Source: a bacterium
GTDB taxonomy: Bacteria; UBA8248
Assembly: GCA_965204535.1 (NCBI GenBank)
Contig: CBDBEV010000001.1
Span: forward strand, 1,472,001-1,536,000
DNA: 64,000 nucleotides
Direction of reading: 5' to 3'
In this document: positions 60,283-64,000 of the stretch, piece after piece
Layout of the letters: each line of letters begins with the position of its first letter
Position numbering within the stretch: position 1 is the first letter of the stretch
Notes under the pieces: generated by a model
The model's input: only the letters and a program-made list of their open reading frames with translations
Told to the model about the DNA's origin: nothing
Databases searched by the model: none
Made by a program: the position numbers and the translations under genes

Positions 60283-63200
60283 ATGCCGCAAGCCCTGACG
60301 GCGGAGGTGCGTCCGCGCACCGTCCGCTCCGCACATCCCGCCGAAGCCGATGCGCTCTTTGAAGCCGCCCGGACCCTGCTGCCCGTCCTGGCGGCCGGCC
60401 GTCCGCTGGACGCGAATGCGCTGCGCGAGGCCATGACGAGCGCTTTCGGCGTGAACGACGCCGGGGGCGCCTGGGTCTGGAAGGACGCCTACGAGGCGGC
60501 GGAAGCCGCCGTCGTGCTCTTTCTGAAGCGCTACGGGCGGGCCATGCGCCGCCGGGCGGGGGCCGGACCCGATGGTCCCGCCGCCATGCTGGCCATGCTG
60601 CAAAAACTGTCCGCCCTGGAACCCTCCCACACGAAACGCTCGGAAGACCAGGTGCGCCTGCAGCAGTTCTCGACCCCGCTCGGCCTGGCCTACGCCGCGG
60701 TGCGGGCGGCGGCGCTCCGGTCAGGCGACGTCGTTCTCGAACCCTCCGCCGGTACCGGGATGCTCGCCGTGATGGCGCAGTGCGCGCTCGGTAACGAGGA
60801 CGCGCTTCACCTGAACGAGATCGCGAACGTCCGCGCCGGCCTCCTCGCTCATCTCTTCCCGAATGCCGGCATCACCCGCCACGACGCCGAGGCCATCGCC
60901 GACCGCCTCCCGGGAGTCCGGCCGGACGTCGTCCTCATGAACCCGCCGTTCTCGGCCACGCCGGGAGTCGCCAAGGCCCGGCGCGACACAGACCTGCGCC
61001 ACCTGCACTCGGCGTTTTGCGCGCTGGCCCCTGGCGGTCGCCTGGTCGCCGTCACGTCGGCGGGCTGCTTCCCGGGCGATTCGGCCTGGAAGGCGGCCTT
61101 CACCTCCCTGGAGACGCCCGCGCGCGTCGTCTTCACGATGGGCGTCGACGGGCGCGCCTACGCGAGGCGCGGGACCACCTACGACACCCGGCTCACCGTG
61201 ATCGAGAAGAGCGACGCGCCCGGCATCGCCGTCGACCCTGGAAGCCGCGCGGCGGACGCCTCCGAACTGCTCGACGCGGTCACGGCGAGTGTTCCGCCGC
61301 GCTTGTCTGCTCCCGCCGCCGGTACGCCCGCACCGGACGCCCCGCTCCGCGATCTTTTCGGCGAGACTCCGGCGTCCGGGGCGAAAACGCGCAAGAACAG
61401 GGCGAGAAAGCCGGTTTCCAAACCGGCGCACGACCGGGGAGCGGTCACCGAGCTCGCATACGAGGCGGCCCCGCCGTGCGGCGAGGACGAGACGGCAGGC
61501 CCCTACGCGCCCTGGAAGCCGGGCGTCGTCCATCTCCCGGGCGCCGTGGCGCATCCCACGCCGCTCGTCCAGTCGGCCGCCATGGCCGCCGTCGCGCATC
61601 CAAGGCCCGCGCACCGCCCGTTGCTGCCCGAGCGCGTCGTCACCGAGGGTTTGCTGTCCGATGCCCAGCTCGAGAGCGTCGTCCTGGCCGGCGAGGCGCA
61701 CGAGCGCCACCTCTCCGCACGCTACCGGATCGGATCGGGCTGGGAGACGGTCCGCCGCTTCGATGAGGAAGGCGGGTCCACGGCCGAGGAAGCCGTGACG
61801 GAAGACGGCGAAGTCCTATCGGCGCCGGCCCGATTCCGCCGGGGCTGGATGCTGGGCGACGGCACCGGGTGCGGCAAGGGCCGGCAGGTCGCCGCCGTCA
61901 TACTCGACAACATGCTCCGGGGACGGAAGCGCGCTCTCTGGCTCTCGGCCTCCGCCAACCTGCTCGAAGACGCGCGCCGTGACTGGTGCGCCCTCGGGGG
62001 AAGCGCTGAGGACGTGATCCCGCTGGGGAACTTCCGCCAGGGGGCGGACATCCCGCACGAGAGCGGTATCCTGTTCGCGACCTACGCCACGCTCCGGGCG
62101 CCGGCCCGGGAGGGCAAGGCCTCGCGGCTCGAACAGGTGGTCGCCTGGCTCGCGGGCGGTCTCGATGAGGAAGACCTCCACCGCTTCGGCGGCGTGATCG
62201 TGTTCGACGAGTCCCACGCCATGGCGAACGCGGCGGGTTCCAGGGGCTCGCGCGGCGCCGTCAAGCCCTCCGCCCAGGGACGGGCGGGGCTCAGGCTCCA
62301 GAACGCGCTTCCTGGCGCGCGCGTGCTCTACGTCTCGGCCACGGGCGCCACCACCGTGACCGGCCTCGCCTACGCGGGACGCCTGGGCCTCTGGGGCGCA
62401 GGAGAGACCCCCTTCGAGAACCGCGAGGAATTCGTAACCGCGATGGAGGCGGGCGGCGTCGCCGCCATGGAGGTGGTGGCCCGCGATCTCAAGGCCCTGG
62501 GACTGTACCAGGCGCGGGCGCTCTCCTATGAGGGGATAGAGGTCGACATCCTCGAACACCCGCTCACGCCCGAGCAGCGCCGCATCTACGACGCCTACGC
62601 CGGCGCCTTCAAGGTGATCCACGCCAATCTCCAGGACGCGCTGGAGGCCACCGGCATCATGCAGGGCGAGGAGACGCTGAACAGGAACGCGAAATCCGCC
62701 GCGCTCTCCGCCTTCGAGGGCGCCAAGCAGCGGTTTTTCGGCCACCTTTTGACCTCGATGAAGTGTCCCTCGCTCATCCGGGCGGTGGAGGCGGACCTGG
62801 ACGCCGGCCGCTCGGCCGTGATCCAGCTCGTCTCCACCGGAGAGGCCCTGATGGAGCGGCGGATCGCGGAGATCCCGGCGTCTGAATGGGACGACTTGTC
62901 CATCGACCTGACGCCCCGGGAATACGTGCTCGACTTCCTCGCCCACGCCTTCCCGGTACAGCTGCAGGAGCCCTTCACCGACGATGAGGGGAACCTCATG
63001 AGCCGGCCCGCCGTCGACGAGGACGGGAACCCCGTACTCTCCCAGGAGGCCCTCGCCAGACGCGAGGCTTTGATCGCGAAGCTGGCGTCGCTGCCGCCCG
63101 TTCCATCCGCTCTGGACCAGATCGTGCACCGCTTCGGCCACGACGCCGTGGCCGAGGTGACGGGCCGCTCCAGGAGAGTGCTCCGGATCGAGGACGCGCA

Positions 63201-64000
63201 GGGTACCAGGCACGCGCTCCGCCCGCGTCCTGCCTCGGCCTCTCTCGCCGAGACGGCGGCCTTCATGGACGGAGACAAGCGGATACTGGTCTTCTCGATG
63301 GCCGGGGGCACGGGGCGGAGCTACCACGCCGACCTCTCCGCGGCCAACACGCAGCGGCGGGTCCACTACCTGCTCGAACCCGGCTGGCGGGCGGACCAGG
63401 CGATACAGGGACTGGGCCGCACCCACCGGACGCACCAGGCTTCGGCACCCCTCTTCCGGCCCGTGACCACCGACGTGAAGGGCGAGAAGCGCTTCATCGC
63501 CACCATCGCGCGGCGGCTCGATTCCCTGGGCGCCATCACGCGGGGACAGCGCAACTCCCAGACCGCCATGGCCGGGAGCGAGGCGACCCTCTTCCGCGCC
63601 GGCGACAACCTCGAAAGCCCCTACGCCCGGGCGGCGCTGCGCCAGTTCTACGGCGCCTTGTGGCGGGGCGGTCTCCCCGGCTGGTCCCTCGAACGCTTCG
63701 AGGAGGCGACCGGCCTCAAACTCACCTACGAGGGATCGCTGAAAGAAGACCTCCCGCCCATGCCCAGGTTCCTGAACCGCCTGCTCGCGCTTCCCATAGC
63801 GGAGCAGAACGCGCTGTTCGCGGAACTCGAATCCCGCGTCGAGTCCAACATCGAGGCGGCCGTCGAGGCGGGGACGTACGAGGTCGGCGTCGAGACCCTG
63901 AGCGCGGACTCGCTCACGGCGGCCGGTTACGAAACCCTCTACACCCACCCGGGGACGGGGGCTGCCACCAGCCTCGTCGAGATCCTCCGCCGCGACCGGC
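60283..64000 (+). CDS. Methyltransferase-strawberry-notch SF2 helicase fusion; 3' end beyond the window
   Basis: Manual translation: QQFSTP, LEPSAGTG, MNPPF (amino-MTase); GDGTGCGKG, FDESH, SATG, QGLGRTHR (strawberry notch); no stop before 64000. Confidence 0.92.
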   Translation, partial: MPQALTAEVRPRTVRSAHPAEADALFEAARTLLPVLAAGRPLDANALREAMTSAFGVNDAGGAWVWKDAYEAAEAAVVLFLKRYGRAMRRRAGAGPDGPAAMLAMLQKLSALEPSHTKRSEDQVRLQQFSTPLGLAYAAVRAAALRSGDVVLEPSAGTGMLAVMAQCALGNEDALHLNEIANVRAGLLAHLFPNAGITRHDAEAIADRLPGVRPDVVLMNPPFSATPGVAKARRDTDLRHLHSAFCALAPGGRLVAVTSAGCFPGDSAWKAAFTSLETPARVVFTMGVDGRAYARRGTTYDTRLTVIEKSDAPGIAVDPGSRAADASELLDAVTASVPPRLSAPAAGTPAPDAPLRDLFGETPASGAKTRKNRARKPVSKPAHDRGAVTELAYEAAPPCGEDETAGPYAPWKPGVVHLPGAVAHPTPLVQSAAMAAVAHPRPAHRPLLPERVVTEGLLSDAQLESVVLAGEAHERHLSARYRIGSGWETVRRFDEEGGSTAEEAVTEDGEVLSAPARFRRGWMLGDGTGCGKGRQVAAVILDNMLRGRKRALWLSASANLLEDARRDWCALGGSAEDVIPLGNFRQGADIPHESGILFATYATLRAPAREGKASRLEQVVAWLAGGLDEEDLHRFGGVIVFDESHAMANAAGSRGSRGAVKPSAQGRAGLRLQNALPGARVLYVSATGATTVTGLAYAGRLGLWGAGETPFENREEFVTAMEAGGVAAMEVVARDLKALGLYQARALSYEGIEVDILEHPLTPEQRRIYDAYAGAFKVIHANLQDALEATGIMQGEETLNRNAKSAALSAFEGAKQRFFGHLLTSMKCPSLIRAVEADLDAGRSAVIQLVSTGEALMERRIAEIPASEWDDLSIDLTPREYVLDFLAHAFPVQLQEPFTDDEGNLMSRPAVDEDGNPVLSQEALARREALIAKLASLPPVPSALDQIVHRFGHDAVAEVTGRSRRVLRIEDAQGTRHALRPRPASASLAETAAFMDGDKRILVFSMAGGTGRSYHADLSAANTQRRVHYLLEPGWRADQAIQGLGRTHRTHQASAPLFRPVTTDVKGEKRFIATIARRLDSLGAITRGQRNSQTAMAGSEATLFRAGDNLESPYARAALRQFYGALWRGGLPGWSLERFEEATGLKLTYEGSLKEDLPPMPRFLNRLLALPIAEQNALFAELESRVESNIEAAVEAGTYEVGVETLSADSLTAAGYETLYTHPGTGAATSLVEILRRDR

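Larger units (their letters stand above)
26790..64000. mobile_element. Integrative conjugative element (tyrosine integrases, MOBF relaxase, F-type T4SS); right end outside window
   Basis: Integrases abut housekeeping genes; relaxase, coupling protein and tra operon present; no Rep or phage structural genes seen; left boundary approximate. Confidence 0.85.

Noticed and set aside
61816-63948. 710-aa minus-strand ORF (similarly 54772-56310 and 27506-28666)
   Set aside because: Antisense shadows of motif-bearing genes in GC-rich DNA
27359-64000. Prophage or free plasmid
   Set aside because: No phage structural genes or Rep gene; contiguous with housekeeping genes

Overview
Bacterial chromosome segment in three blocks. 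(1) 1-7.4 kb, GC-rich: lipoprotein subtilase running off the left edge, an IS110 scrap, and a DUF1989 gene divergent from a polar amino-acid ABC operon. (2) 7.4-26.8 kb, visibly lower GC: an NtaA/DmoA monooxygenase-TauABC-like operon whose last gene is truncated, then moaB, a REP/MITE-like repeat cluster, coaD, aspartate aminotransferase, MFS, tyrS, SDR, a MoxR AAA+ gene with a large partner, DUF2877 and panE. (3) About 26.8 kb to the window end: a large integrative conjugative element. It has two tandem intact tyrosine integrases, a small cargo slot (HU relic, DUF2971) closed by a decayed copy of the integrase 3' end, a MOBF relaxase, TraD, an F-type T4SS operon headed by a 2xCro-Xis fusion, and a divergent leading-region-type block (ParB-like, GHKL ATPase, DUF2958, MTase-strawberry-notch helicase). 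Most notable: a ~100-nt hairpin leader motif repeated before three + strand ICE genes, an R388-like nic sequence beside the left end whose polarity would make those genes enter the recipient on their template strand, an HD-type protein lacking its HD dyad inside the tra operon, and a very short TraN. All family calls come from motif recognition by eye; no searches were run.
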